Assembly (NCBI GenBank): GCA_038534095.1
Contig: JBCAXK010000027.1
Coordinates: forward strand, 1 to 21,857
DNA length: 21,857 nt
Reading direction: 5' to 3'
DNA from: Chlamydiota bacterium
GTDB lineage: Bacteria; Chlamydiota; Chlamydiia; Chlamydiales; SM23-39
The notes under the pieces were generated by a model. The model was not told where the DNA came from and did no database searches. It was given only the letters and a program-made list of their open reading frames with translations. Shown one piece after another: positions 7,898 through 17,351 of this stretch; position 1 is the first letter of the stretch; every line of letters starts with the position of its first letter. Position numbers and translations under genes: made by a program.

Positions 7898-8794
7898 ATG
7901 AAAAAGTGTTTAGTGTTTCTTTCTTTGCTTTTTGTGCTAGCTGGTTGTGATTCCAATAGTTTTGTGGTGAACGATATCGATGAAAGAGAGGCCAATGAGA
8001 TCATTGTCTTTCTTGCCTCCAGAGGCATTGTTGCGCAAAAAGTCGAAGTGGCAGAAAGCGCAGCAGCGGCAGCTACAGGGCCAAGTAACCTGTGGTCGAT
8101 TACCGTCAATACAAACGATCAGACCCAAGCAATGGCTCTTTTAAATCAAGCGGGACTACCTAGAAGAAAGGGGATGAGCCTACTCGAACTCTTTGCCAAG
8201 CAGGGACTGATGTCATCAGACCGGGAAGAAAATATCCGGTTTCAAGCAGGACTGGCCGAGGAGCTGCAAAATACGATCATAAAAATGGATGGAGTCATCG
8301 ATGCGGACGTTCAAATCTCTTTCCCCATTGAAGAGGGCTCTTCAGACGCTGTAAGCGCAGGTAGAGAAGCAAAAGCGCCGATTACAGCGGCTGTATACAT
8401 CAAGCATATTGGCGCGTTTGACGATCCTAACAGCCAACTTGAGACCAAAGTCAAGAGGCTCTTAGCAGGGAGCGTACAGGGACTAGATTTTGACCACGTA
8501 TCTGTGATTTCTGATCGGTCGAAATTTGCTGATATTACTCTTAATCCTGGGGGAGAAATGATCGCGGCAAAAAATTTGGATGAGGGATATGTGAGCATCT
8601 GGTCTGTTGTCATGACCAAAGGTTCTGCCGGTAGATTCCGGGCGATTCTCGTGACAATGATGCTTTTGATCATTGCTCTTGGGTCGGGCTTTTTGTGGAT
8701 CTTTTTCCGAAGTTATCCCACATTTACCCAATCTGCTCTCAGAAGAGTACGAAGACAACAGACCAAAGAAAAAGAAACTCCTACAGAAGAGTAA
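7898..8794 (+). CDS. sctJ: T3SS inner-membrane ring lipoprotein SctJ (CdsJ/YscJ family)
   Basis: Lipoprotein signal with lipobox LAGC, EREANEIIVFLASRGI, GLP, MDGVIDADVQI, and a C-terminal TM helix followed by a basic tail. Confidence 0.95.
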   Translation: MKKCLVFLSLLFVLAGCDSNSFVVNDIDEREANEIIVFLASRGIVAQKVEVAESAAAAATGPSNLWSITVNTNDQTQAMALLNQAGLPRRKGMSLLELFAKQGLMSSDREENIRFQAGLAEELQNTIIKMDGVIDADVQISFPIEEGSSDAVSAGREAKAPITAAVYIKHIGAFDDPNSQLETKVKRLLAGSVQGLDFDHVSVISDRSKFADITLNPGGEMIAAKNLDEGYVSIWSVVMTKGSAGRFRAILVTMMLLIIALGSGFLWIFFRSYPTFTQSALRRVRRQQTKEKETPTEE

Positions 8795-8803
8795 GAGGTA
8801 ACC

Positions 8804-9643
8804 ATGCGCCCCTCTTCCTATTTTGTCCTTTACGCAAAATTACAAACGCTTTCTGAAGATCATCAGCAAAGCCTCTTGCGCTGCTTATCAGATGAGCACA
8901 TTGAAGGAATCCGCAAACATCACATCAAGAATATGCCTCTTGCTTTAGAGGACTTTTCCTTGCCCCATCTTGTAGATAAAGTGCACTATTCTTGGCTCCT
9001 TCCCTTTTTAAGTAAGCAGGAATACCCAGCTCTTTTTTTCCCTCTTTTTTCTGAGAAAACCAGAGAAAAACTCGCAAAATCTCTATCCATACCGTGGGAG
9101 CCTTCTCAAGACGGCTCTAGTCCCCTTTTGGGCTACTTGCGCCTGGTTGTTGAAGAGGCCTTTTTTTGGGGACAAACGATTTTACCCGTAAGTTACTTAC
9201 AAAACTCCCCATTAAAAGACCTACTTTTCTATAACAAACAAGAGCTTGTGGATCTCATCTACGAACTCTCGCTGTGGGATATGGCGATTGAACTGCGCCA
9301 AATTGTGGATCAAAAGGTCTTACAAGAAATCGCCAGCACGTTATCGGATGAGGAAAAAAAAGAGATTGCCCGCATCTCAAAACAAGCCCTTGTCCCTCTC
9401 TTTCCAAGAGCGCATTACAAAGATTTGCCCTCCTTCGAGCAGGAGATGCACAAACGGGGCATCGCTCGTCTTGGCATCGCTCTTTTAGAAGAATCCTCCG
9501 ATTTTCTATGGCACATTACAAGAGTACTCGATAAAGGGAGAGGCACGCTCCTTTTGAATATGTATGAAAAAAAGGCGCTCGCTAATCATGCCCCCGATAT
9601 GATAAACTTGGTTTTGGATGTTTTAGAGGATCGCAGTTCATGA
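8804..9643 (+). CDS. T3SS accessory protein, positional SctK equivalent (CT560-like)
   Basis: Lies between sctJ and sctL, as CT560 does in Chlamydia. Contains the VHYSWL motif recalled from chlamydial homologues. 279 aa, ATGA-coupled to sctL. Confidence 0.7.
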   Translation: MRPSSYFVLYAKLQTLSEDHQQSLLRCLSDEHIEGIRKHHIKNMPLALEDFSLPHLVDKVHYSWLLPFLSKQEYPALFFPLFSEKTREKLAKSLSIPWEPSQDGSSPLLGYLRLVVEEAFFWGQTILPVSYLQNSPLKDLLFYNKQELVDLIYELSLWDMAIELRQIVDQKVLQEIASTLSDEEKKEIARISKQALVPLFPRAHYKDLPSFEQEMHKRGIARLGIALLEESSDFLWHITRVLDKGRGTLLLNMYEKKALANHAPDMINLVLDVLEDRSS

Positions 9644-10266
9644 AATATTTTTCCCTTTTTTCTCAAAAAAGCGTTCGGAGAGGGAAAAATAAGATCATTC
9701 CCGCAAAAGAGGTGGAAGATCTCGTCAATGCCCAAGAAATCATAGAGATTACTAAAAAAGATGCCTTAGCCTACCGAGAATCGATCGTAAAAGAGTGTGA
9801 GCTGCTAAGGGAAAAAGCAGAAAGAGAAGGATTTCAAAGGGGGCTTGAGAAACTCTATGGACAGCACCTCCACTTAAAAGAGCTGAGCGAACAGCTCTCG
9901 GTCGAAGTGCACCAAAAAATCTTACCCCTAGCCATCCAAGCTGCGAAGAAAATCCTAGGAGAAGAGCTCAAAATACATCCAGACCGGATCGTTGCGATCA
10001 TCCTCCAAGCGCTTAAGCCCGTTGTGCAACACCATAAAATCACCATCTATGTTAGCCCAAAAGACTATCCCATTGTGGAAAAAAACAAGGGAATCATCCG
10101 AAAGATTTTGCAACAGGTAGAAACGCTCAAAGTCGAAGCTAGAGACGATGTGGAAGTAGGAGGCTGCCTGATTGAAACCGAAGCAGGTATCATCAATGCG
10201 CAGTTAGACAATCAGTGGCAGGCTTTAGAAAGAGCGTTTGAAAAATTTATGGAAGGCCCGAAATGA
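9640..10266 (+). CDS. sctL: T3SS stator SctL (YscL/FliH family)
   Basis: AEREGFQRG repeat-like helix, AAKKILGEEL and GGCLIETEAGIINA motifs, and expected operon position. Confidence 0.93.
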   Translation: MKYFSLFSQKSVRRGKNKIIPAKEVEDLVNAQEIIEITKKDALAYRESIVKECELLREKAEREGFQRGLEKLYGQHLHLKELSEQLSVEVHQKILPLAIQAAKKILGEELKIHPDRIVAIILQALKPVVQHHKITIYVSPKDYPIVEKNKGIIRKILQQVETLKVEARDDVEVGGCLIETEAGIINAQLDNQWQALERAFEKFMEGPK

Positions 10267-11048
10267 AACGGTTTTTCTGGTTTTTTTTTCTTGTATTTGT
10301 CGCCCATAGCGTCTTTGCCGTAGAACTAGGAGCGGCCGAAAATGGGATGCTTCAGGAAAGTACAAATAGCGGCGTTGCTTTAGAAGGCCCCTCAGTCATC
10401 AGCAAGATGGCTGTATTAGCTGGCCTTGCCATCCTCCCTTTTGCGATCATGCTCCTCACCTCATTTGTAAAAATGGTGATTGTCCTCGCCCTTTTGCGAA
10501 ACGCGATTGGAGTACAACAATCCCCCCCCAATCAAGTACTCAATGGGATCGCTCTTTTGATGACCATCTACGTGATGTTTCCTACAGGTCTTGCGATGTA
10601 CAACGCAGCAAAACCGGTCATTGACAAATCCCCTTCAGCTCTTTTTTCTGAGCAGTCGGCCACCTACCTCATGGAAATCATCGATCGGAGCAAAGAACCC
10701 TTACGCGATTTTTTGGTCCGAAACACCTACCAAAAAAATATGAACAGCTTTTTTAGCATGGCCAGACGGATTTTTCCAGAGCCGTATAAATCGAGCTTGG
10801 AACCAAAAGATTTTATCGTGCTCATCCCCTCTTTCATCACCTCCCAGCTCAAAAGCGCTTTTGAAATTGCTGTCCTTGTCTATTTGCCTTTTTTTGTGAT
10901 CGATCTTGTCACTTCAAATATCCTACTTGCGATGGGAATGATGATGTTATCGCCGCTAACGATTGCTCTTCCCATCAAGCTACTTCTTCTTGTGATGGTC
11001 GATGGTTGGACACTGTTGATTCAAGGACTCACTCTCACTTTCAAATAG
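10263..11048 (+). CDS. sctR: T3SS export apparatus SctR (YscR/FliP family)
   Basis: TSFVK..IVL.LLRNAIGVQQSPPNQVL, YLPFFVIDLV.SNILLAMGMMMLSP..I.LPIKLLL.V.VDGW. Confidence 0.97.
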   Translation: MKRFFWFFFLVFVAHSVFAVELGAAENGMLQESTNSGVALEGPSVISKMAVLAGLAILPFAIMLLTSFVKMVIVLALLRNAIGVQQSPPNQVLNGIALLMTIYVMFPTGLAMYNAAKPVIDKSPSALFSEQSATYLMEIIDRSKEPLRDFLVRNTYQKNMNSFFSMARRIFPEPYKSSLEPKDFIVLIPSFITSQLKSAFEIAVLVYLPFFVIDLVTSNILLAMGMMMLSPLTIALPIKLLLLVMVDGWTLLIQGLTLTFK

Positions 11049-11049
11049 T

Positions 11050-11316
11050 ATGTATAGCAACGAAATTTACCAGCTCACCTACCAATCTCTGATTTTGATC
11101 CTTCTTTTGTCGGGCCCCCCGATTTTGATCAGTATGGTCCTCGGTTTGATGGTGGCGATTTTTCAAGCAGCGACCCAAATCCAGGAACAAACCCTCTCAT
11201 TTACCGTCAAACTCTTTGCTGTGATCCTCACCCTGATGCTGATGGGAGGTTGGCTCGGTTCGCAAATTTTTAGTTTTGCTCTGAGGATTTTCACCAACAT
11301 CCACAAGTGGGGATGA
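11050..11316 (+). CDS. sctS: T3SS export apparatus SctS (YscS/FliQ family)
   Basis: GL.VAIFQAATQIQEQTLSF..KL motif; 88 aa, hydrophobic. Confidence 0.97.
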   Translation: MYSNEIYQLTYQSLILILLLSGPPILISMVLGLMVAIFQAATQIQEQTLSFTVKLFAVILTLMLMGGWLGSQIFSFALRIFTNIHKWG

Positions 11317-12182
11317 GCGCTTTGGAGAGCACTTTTCGCGCAACCGATACCTACTTGAATATGGTCCTGAGCTATCCTGGTATTTCTCCCAATGCTGTCT
11401 TGGTTCTATTTTTACTCACGCTTTTTCGGATCATTCCGATCATTGTACTTGCCCCCTTTTTAGGTGGAAAAAGCCTTCCTAACGCTGCAAAAATGATGTT
11501 TGGTATTGCTCTTAGCGCAATTTTCATCCCCAATGTACTCGTGCATGCGACCAAAACTCTCGATTTCAATATGATTTTTCTCGTGTATGCAATCAAAGAA
11601 GTGGTCTTTGGGTTTGCTTTAGGCTTCCTTGTTTCTGTCCCCTTTTATATAGCCATGACGTCGGGAAATTTGATCGACCACATACGGGGAGCCTCTTCGC
11701 TGCAAATCACCGATCCCTCAACCCAAACGCAAACAAGTCGCTTAGGGCTTCTCTACAACTACGTTCTGATTGCTGTTTTCTTCATGATTGGGGGGCCTAT
11801 GTATTTTTTTCAGGCGATGGCCTCTTCTTTTGAGATCATTCCAGTCGATTCCTATTTCAATCCCGCATTTTTTGCAGGGAACGTTCCGTTTTGGAAGGCG
11901 ATGACCCACATCTTATACCGGATCATGAGCTTAGCATTGCAGCTAGCTGCCCCCTCTCTGATTGGAATTCTCATGACAGAGATGTTCCTAGGGATTGCCA
12001 ATAGGCTTGCTCCCCAAGTGCAAATCGTCTTTTTGGGAATCCCTTTGAAATCTTGGGTGGGTCTTATGCTACTCGCTTTAGCCTGGGTTTTTATCTTAGA
12101 TCAGCTAGGGAAGGAATCGCTCTCATGGATACGGATGATGGAGATTCTGTTGCAAAAAATGGGGCTCTATCACGCCTCTTGA
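11313..12182 (+). CDS. sctT: T3SS export apparatus SctT (YscT/FliR family)
   Basis: Multi-TM protein with KEV.FG..LG, G.LID..RG and LG..NRLAPQ.Q motifs. ATG 11313 (ATGA overlap with the sctS stop) is preferred to GTG 11307. Confidence 0.95.
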   Translation: MSALESTFRATDTYLNMVLSYPGISPNAVLVLFLLTLFRIIPIIVLAPFLGGKSLPNAAKMMFGIALSAIFIPNVLVHATKTLDFNMIFLVYAIKEVVFGFALGFLVSVPFYIAMTSGNLIDHIRGASSLQITDPSTQTQTSRLGLLYNYVLIAVFFMIGGPMYFFQAMASSFEIIPVDSYFNPAFFAGNVPFWKAMTHILYRIMSLALQLAAPSLIGILMTEMFLGIANRLAPQVQIVFLGIPLKSWVGLMLLALAWVFILDQLGKESLSWIRMMEILLQKMGLYHAS

Positions 12183-13438
12183 ACAAACTCTCTAAGCGCC
12201 TCTAAGAAAAGATCGATTTCCCGATGCGTAGTGTAGATGCCAATCGAAGCTCTGCAGCTTGCGTTAAGAGAAAAGCGCTCATGAAAAGGATCTGCGCAGT
12301 GACGCCCGGTCCGAATCGCGATATTTCTTGTATCTAGTAGCGTCCCCAGGTCCATTGGGTGTAAAGGAGTTGTAAAACAGGCGATGCCAATTCTTTGAGA
12401 ACCTCCTATGACTGAGACCGAAGGCACCTTTTGGATGTTTTGATCCAAATACTCTTGTAGAGCTTTTTCGCGCCGTTCCACTTGTTTCATCCCATAACTA
12501 CTTAAAAAGTCGATCGCAGCTCCCGCTCCGATGATCTGCACAATCGGAGGCGTTCCCGCTTCAAACCGCAAAGGAGGCTTTTGCCAAGTGGCTTCTCGAA
12601 GACTCACCCGCTCAATCATATCCCCTCCCCCTTGGTAGGGGGGCAAACTCTCTAAAACCTCTTGTTTTCCATAAAGAACTCCAAGACCTGTGGGACCATA
12701 CATTTTATGGAAAGAAAAGGTGTAAAAATCGGCGCCGAGTGCTTGCAGATCTACTGGCATATGTGAAGGAGCTTGCGCTCCATCCACAAGAACTAACGCG
12801 CCCACTTCGTGCGCTTTTTTTGTGAAAAAAGCTGCCGGGTTGATGTTGCCTGTTGTATTGAAAACATGGGCAAAACAGACAAGGGCAGTTTTTGAAGAGA
12901 TAAGAGAACAAAACGCATTTTGATCAACCGTTCCATCCTCTAAAAGTGGAACAAACCGCAACGTTGCTCCCGTCGCTTTGGCTAACATTTGCCAGGGGAC
13001 AAGATTCGCGTGATGTTCTCCTTGGGTTAGAAGAATCTCTTTTCCCTTAGAAAAACGTTCTTGTAAGCAGGTTTTGACCAAATTGATCGCTTCGGTTCCC
13101 CCTTTTGTGAAGATGATTTCAGAGGGGGAAGCGGCCCCCAAAAAACGGGCAACCTTCGCCCGAACCTCTTCGACTTGCTCGGTCGCTTGCTGTGAAAGGT
13201 GATAAATCGCCCGATGCACCGTTGCGTAGCCTTCAGAAGAAAAAGTGTGCATCGCATCGAGAACAGAGCGCAGAGTATGGGTTGTTGCGGCAGAATCTAA
13301 ATAGACTAAGCTTGGATGATGAGCAAATATTGGGAAAAGAGAGCGAAGGCTCTCCTGTGAGAATGGCTCATCTTGCAAAGAAGGCTTATAAGAGCTAGAA
13401 GAGGAGGAATTAGAAGGCATGGCTTTGCAAAAACTCAT
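12170..13438 (-). CDS. sufS: Cysteine desulfurase, SufS (group II)
   Basis: VYLDSAAT, EHHAN, DGAQ, PLP-Lys motif FSFHKMYGPTG, FEAGTP, catalytic RTGRHCA. Start uncertain (13438 or 13420). Confidence 0.95.
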   Translation of the reverse strand: MSFCKAMPSNSSSSSSYKPSLQDEPFSQESLRSLFPIFAHHPSLVYLDSAATTHTLRSVLDAMHTFSSEGYATVHRAIYHLSQQATEQVEEVRAKVARFLGAASPSEIIFTKGGTEAINLVKTCLQERFSKGKEILLTQGEHHANLVPWQMLAKATGATLRFVPLLEDGTVDQNAFCSLISSKTALVCFAHVFNTTGNINPAAFFTKKAHEVGALVLVDGAQAPSHMPVDLQALGADFYTFSFHKMYGPTGLGVLYGKQEVLESLPPYQGGGDMIERVSLREATWQKPPLRFEAGTPPIVQIIGAGAAIDFLSSYGMKQVERREKALQEYLDQNIQKVPSVSVIGGSQRIGIACFTTPLHPMDLGTLLDTRNIAIRTGRHCADPFHERFSLNASCRASIGIYTTHREIDLFLEALREFVQEA

Positions 13439-14618
13439 CGACCGATTGTTGGATCTTCTCTTGCCTAGAGGAAGGAAACGTGTCCAAGATTTCCTGACAA
13501 AATGCTTTGATCATCAGGTATTTTGCTATCTTGGGACCGATTCCTCGGCTGTGCAAGTAGAAGGCTGCTTCTCGATCATCTAGGCTCGCAACGGTCGAAC
13601 CGTGGCTCGCCTTCACATCATCAGCAAAAATTTCGAGTTCTGGTAGCGCTTTAACAGAAGCTTTTTCGGAAAGGATGAGCGCTTTACTAAGTTGATAACT
13701 ATCGGTTTTTTGCGCCTCTTTTTCTACCCGAATTTTTCCTTTAAAGGTGTTTTTCGATGACCCGGCTGCAATCGTTTTGATCTTCTGTGAGGAGAAGGTA
13801 TCTGGATGGATATGCTCCATGGTAACATCGATCTCTTTTTGGGTTTTCCCAGGTGATAAAAGCAAGCTAGAAGCGTAGGCCTGAGCTCCCCCTCCTAAAA
13901 GGGAGAAGTGGGATTGCTCAAAAGAGCGTTCGCTCTTTCCATGGAGACTCGTTTTTCGAAGAATGGCCCCCTCTTTAAGAGATCCAAAAAATGACGAGGC
14001 GCAGGTACCAAAATCCCCATAATCGCAATGATCGGCCCAAACGAGGGTAGCATTCTCTTCTAAAGAAACAAGGACATTGGAACTGACGCACCCTTTGAAG
14101 CGTGTGGCTTGCTCAGAGGGATCTTGTTCTATTCGTGTTGTGATTGTGCAAGAGGCGCCCCTTTCTGCGTAAACTTGTAGAGCAATTGGACTAAATACAG
14201 CCTCTTTAGTTTGCAAATAAACGATCTCTAGTTGCGCCTTTCTATTTTCCTCAATGTGAAACAGTAGAGGGGTCTTAGCACTAGCTAAAGAGAAAAAGGG
14301 AAATGGCCCTTTTTGCTTTTTTAGCGCAGATTGGAGCTGCATTTCAATCAAAGCGCCGTACACAGGATAGGCCTCTTCTAAAGAAAGAATCCAAAGTCCT
14401 TCTAACGTAGACGCATCAAGAGAAGAAAGTTCTGGGGCAAAATGACCATTGATAAAAACCATTTGCTGTTTTTTCAAAGGCCTCGAAGTGAGAAGATGCT
14501 TCTCACTTTCTACAGGATACTCAGTTTGCATGCGGGAGAAATAGGGATGTTTTGCCTCCTTTTCCAGCCGCTTGAACGCCGCTTCTCTAAACGGCCGTAG
14601 GAGCGTTTGCATTGTCAT
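13410..14618 (-). CDS. sufD: Fe-S cluster assembly protein SufD
   Basis: AQKTDSYQ, PELEIFADDVKASHGSTV and FYLHSRGI motifs; lies between sufC and sufS. Confidence 0.93.
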   Translation of the reverse strand: MTMQTLLRPFREAAFKRLEKEAKHPYFSRMQTEYPVESEKHLLTSRPLKKQQMVFINGHFAPELSSLDASTLEGLWILSLEEAYPVYGALIEMQLQSALKKQKGPFPFFSLASAKTPLLFHIEENRKAQLEIVYLQTKEAVFSPIALQVYAERGASCTITTRIEQDPSEQATRFKGCVSSNVLVSLEENATLVWADHCDYGDFGTCASSFFGSLKEGAILRKTSLHGKSERSFEQSHFSLLGGGAQAYASSLLLSPGKTQKEIDVTMEHIHPDTFSSQKIKTIAAGSSKNTFKGKIRVEKEAQKTDSYQLSKALILSEKASVKALPELEIFADDVKASHGSTVASLDDREAAFYLHSRGIGPKIAKYLMIKAFCQEILDTFPSSRQEKIQQSVDEFLQSHAF

Positions 14619-15361
14619 GAAACCTCAACCGCGTAACCGAGCTCCTCGATCTCTTTTGCTAGATCCTTCGATCCCGATCGGACAATCTTCCCTTCCATCA
14701 TCACATGGACGTGATCGGGCTGAATGAGCTCAAGAAGCTTTGCGTAATGGGTGATGATGATGAGGGAACAAGAGCCTTTGATTTCATGGATTCTTTGCCC
14801 AATGAGCTTAAGAGCATCTACATCAAGCCCCGAGTCTGTTTCATCTAAAATGGCGAGTTTTGGTTGTAAAAGAGCCATTTGCAATAGCTCATTTTTCTTT
14901 TTTTCCCCTCCAGAAAACCCGACATTCACCCCCCGGTCTAAAAATGCGGAGGAGATATTCATCTCTTTTAGTCGCTCTTCTAGGAGAGCTTCTAGCGCTT
15001 CTTTCTCGAGAGGTTTTTTTTCGAGGTATTTCTGTTTTTCTTGTAGCGCTTTTTCCAAAAACTCCCGATTGGTGATCCCTGGCAGCTCGATCGGATACTG
15101 AAAACTCATAAAGAGGCCCGCGTGCGCTCTATCTGCTGGATCCATCGACAAAAGATCTTTCCCTGCAAATAGGATCTCTCCTTTGTCCACTTCGTAATCG
15201 GGATGGCCTGCCAAAACGCTAGCAAGCGTCGATTTACCAGCCCCATTTGGGCCCATAATCGCGTGAGTTTCCCCCTCTCCGATAGAAAGAGAGAGCTCGT
15301 CCAAAATGGTTTTTTCTCCGGTCGAAGCAGAAATGTTTTTGAGTTCTAATAAAGGATGCAT
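14615..15361 (-). CDS. sufC: Fe-S cluster assembly ATPase SufC
   Basis: Walker A GPNGAGKST, FQYP.E.PG, signature GFSGGEKKKNE, Walker B ILDETDSGLD, ITHY. Confidence 0.97.
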   Translation of the reverse strand: MHPLLELKNISASTGEKTILDELSLSIGEGETHAIMGPNGAGKSTLASVLAGHPDYEVDKGEILFAGKDLLSMDPADRAHAGLFMSFQYPIELPGITNREFLEKALQEKQKYLEKKPLEKEALEALLEERLKEMNISSAFLDRGVNVGFSGGEKKKNELLQMALLQPKLAILDETDSGLDVDALKLIGQRIHEIKGSCSLIIITHYAKLLELIQPDHVHVMMEGKIVRSGSKDLAKEIEELGYAVEVS

Positions 15362-15363
15362 CG

Positions 15364-16806
15364 TTACCCCACAGAGTGTTCTAATTTGAGTGTTAAAAGT
15401 TTTTCCGCTTCAGCAGCAAATTCCAGAGGGAGCTCCGCAATCACATCTTTACAAAAACCGCTCACAATCATCCGAATAGCTTCCTCTCGGGGAATTCCTC
15501 GGGACTCAAGATAGAAGAGCTGTAGTTCGCTCATTTTCGAAGTGGACGCCTCATGCTCAACAGAAGAACGCTGATTCTTTACATCGATTACAGGAAAAGT
15601 ATTGGCCGAGCAGTCGTTACCCACCAGCATCGAATCGCACTGAGTATAATTCCTTGATCCCTCAGCTTTTGGCATCACCCGAACAAGTCCCCGATAACTA
15701 TTGTGGGAACGTTCGGCAGAAATCCCTTTCGAAATGATCGTTGAAGAAGTATTTTTCCCGAGATGAATCATTTTTGTCCCGGTGTCGGCCTGCATGTAAC
15801 CATTAGTGAGCGCCACAGAATAGAATTCCCCCACAGAATCGTCCCCTTTTAAAATGCAACTGGGGTACTTCCAAGTGATGGCGGCTCCCGCTTCGACTTG
15901 GGACCAGGAAATCTTTGAGCGGTCTCCTGCGCAAAGTCCCCTCTTAGTCACAAAGTTGTAAATGCCCCCTTTGCCCGTTTTGGGATCGCCTGCGTACCAA
16001 TTTTGGACAGTAGAGTACTTAATCTCAGCTTCTGTTTTTGCTACAAGTTCCACGACAGCTGCGTGCAGCTGATTCGTATCAAAAGAGGGAGCGGTGCACC
16101 CCTCCAAATAGCTCACATAAGAGCCTTCTTCGGCAATGATCAAGGTCCGTTCAAACTGCCCTGTATCCCTCTCGTTGATTCGAAAATAGGTGGAAAGCTC
16201 CATAGGAGAGCGGACCCCTTTGGGAACATAGACAAAAGAGCCATCGGTAAAAACCGCCGAGTTAAGAGCGGCAAAGTAATTATCTCCCGGAGGGACAACG
16301 GTGCCTAAATACTCTTCTAGAAGCTCTGGGTAACGCTCTACAGCTTCGGAAATCGAGCAGAGAACTACCCCCGCTTCTTGTAACTTTTTCTGAAACGTCG
16401 TCCCTAAAGAAACCGAATCAAAGACCACATCGACGGCCACATTGGTCAGCCTTTTTTGCTCTTCAATAGGGATCCCCAATTTATTTAGCGTTGCTAAAAT
16501 TTCTGGGTCCACCTCATCGAGGGAGCTTAAAGACTGTTTCTTTTTTGGAGCCGCGTAATAGGAGATGTTTTGATAGTCGATGGGAGGATACTGCACGTTC
16601 GCCCAGGAGGGCTCCTCCATTTGGAGCCATTTTTGGTAGGCGTTTAGCCGAAATGTCGTTAAAAAAGAGGGTTCCTTCTTTTTTTTTGAGATTTCTAAAA
16701 TCACCTCTTCTGAAAGCCCTTTAGGAAGAATCTCCGACTCAATCGGTGTTTGAAACCCGTATTTGTACTCTTTACTAGCAAATTCTTGTGAAAGATCTTG
16801 TGACAT
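15364..16806 (-). CDS. sufB: Fe-S cluster assembly protein SufB
   Basis: [71 protein letters not shown] motifs; 480 aa. Confidence 0.98.
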   Translation of the reverse strand: MSQDLSQEFASKEYKYGFQTPIESEILPKGLSEEVILEISKKKKEPSFLTTFRLNAYQKWLQMEEPSWANVQYPPIDYQNISYYAAPKKKQSLSSLDEVDPEILATLNKLGIPIEEQKRLTNVAVDVVFDSVSLGTTFQKKLQEAGVVLCSISEAVERYPELLEEYLGTVVPPGDNYFAALNSAVFTDGSFVYVPKGVRSPMELSTYFRINERDTGQFERTLIIAEEGSYVSYLEGCTAPSFDTNQLHAAVVELVAKTEAEIKYSTVQNWYAGDPKTGKGGIYNFVTKRGLCAGDRSKISWSQVEAGAAITWKYPSCILKGDDSVGEFYSVALTNGYMQADTGTKMIHLGKNTSSTIISKGISAERSHNSYRGLVRVMPKAEGSRNYTQCDSMLVGNDCSANTFPVIDVKNQRSSVEHEASTSKMSELQLFYLESRGIPREEAIRMIVSGFCKDVIAELPLEFAAEAEKLLTLKLEHSVG

Positions 16807-16851
16807 CGAATGGCTTTGAGATTTGAAATAATTACCAGAAAATATGCACCT

Positions 16852-16880
16852 ATACTAGCGTTTTCCTAGATACCTGTCAA
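16852..16880 (-). promoter_or_regulatory. sigma70/sigma66 promoter of sufBCDS
   Basis: Minus strand TTGACA (16880-16875), 17-nt spacer, TAGTAT (16857-16852), about 45 nt upstream of the sufB ATG. Confidence 0.75.
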
Positions 16881-17006
16881 TTTTCCCACTTTTGATGCAA
16901 AGTAGCAACGCCCTTGCAAAATCCTTTCCCATCCTTACTAAACCATTCTAACGACGCAACTCCCCTGATGCAGCGGATAGATTGCAAAAATACACTGGAC
17001 CTAGAC

Positions 17007-17042
17007 CCTTTCCTTGGGGATCTACCTTTCCTTGGGGATCTA
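17007..17042. repeat. Perfect 18-bp tandem duplication in the intergenic region
   Basis: CCTTTCCTTGGGGATCTA at 17007-17024 and 17025-17042. Confidence 0.92.
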
Positions 17043-17321
17043 ACTGGGTGGCACCCTCTTTTTATAGATCTACTGACAAACGCGCGGTTCACAAAAAGGC
17101 TTACTTGCTTGGTTGAAAAGATGAAGGTCTTCGTCCTATACCATCTGCACACTTTCTATCAGCAAATCTAACATAAGCAACTTATTGTTAAGTAAATAAA
17201 TTCTACCTGCATAGTTGTCATAAACGTCTCTCTTCCCCTGGATTAGCATTGAAAAATGTTCTAATTGAAAAAATATTTAATAACAATTCAAGGAATTTTT
17301 ATTAATTATTAATAAATAATT

Positions 17322-17330
17322 TGCTATAAT
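17322..17330 (+). promoter_or_regulatory. Putative extended -10 promoter
   Basis: TG-C-TATAAT in an AT-rich tract about 21 nt upstream of ATG 17352. SD-like AAGGGA precedes the ATG. Confidence 0.5.
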
Positions 17331-17351
17331 ACGCATATTAAAAAGGGATTT

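Noticed and set aside
7898..12182. Flagellar export genes (fliF, fliH, fliP, fliQ, fliR)
   Set aside because: The first gene is a short lipoprotein of the SctJ type, not FliF, and the gene order matches the chlamydial injectisome cluster.
7888..16724. Short nested or antisense ORFs within the sct and suf operons
   Set aside because: Shadows of highly conserved genes.
16877..17171. Overlapping opposite-strand ORFs 16877-17152 and 16914-17171
   Set aside because: Neither has an ATG/SD start, and both are lengthened by the in-frame 18-bp duplication. Probably non-coding.
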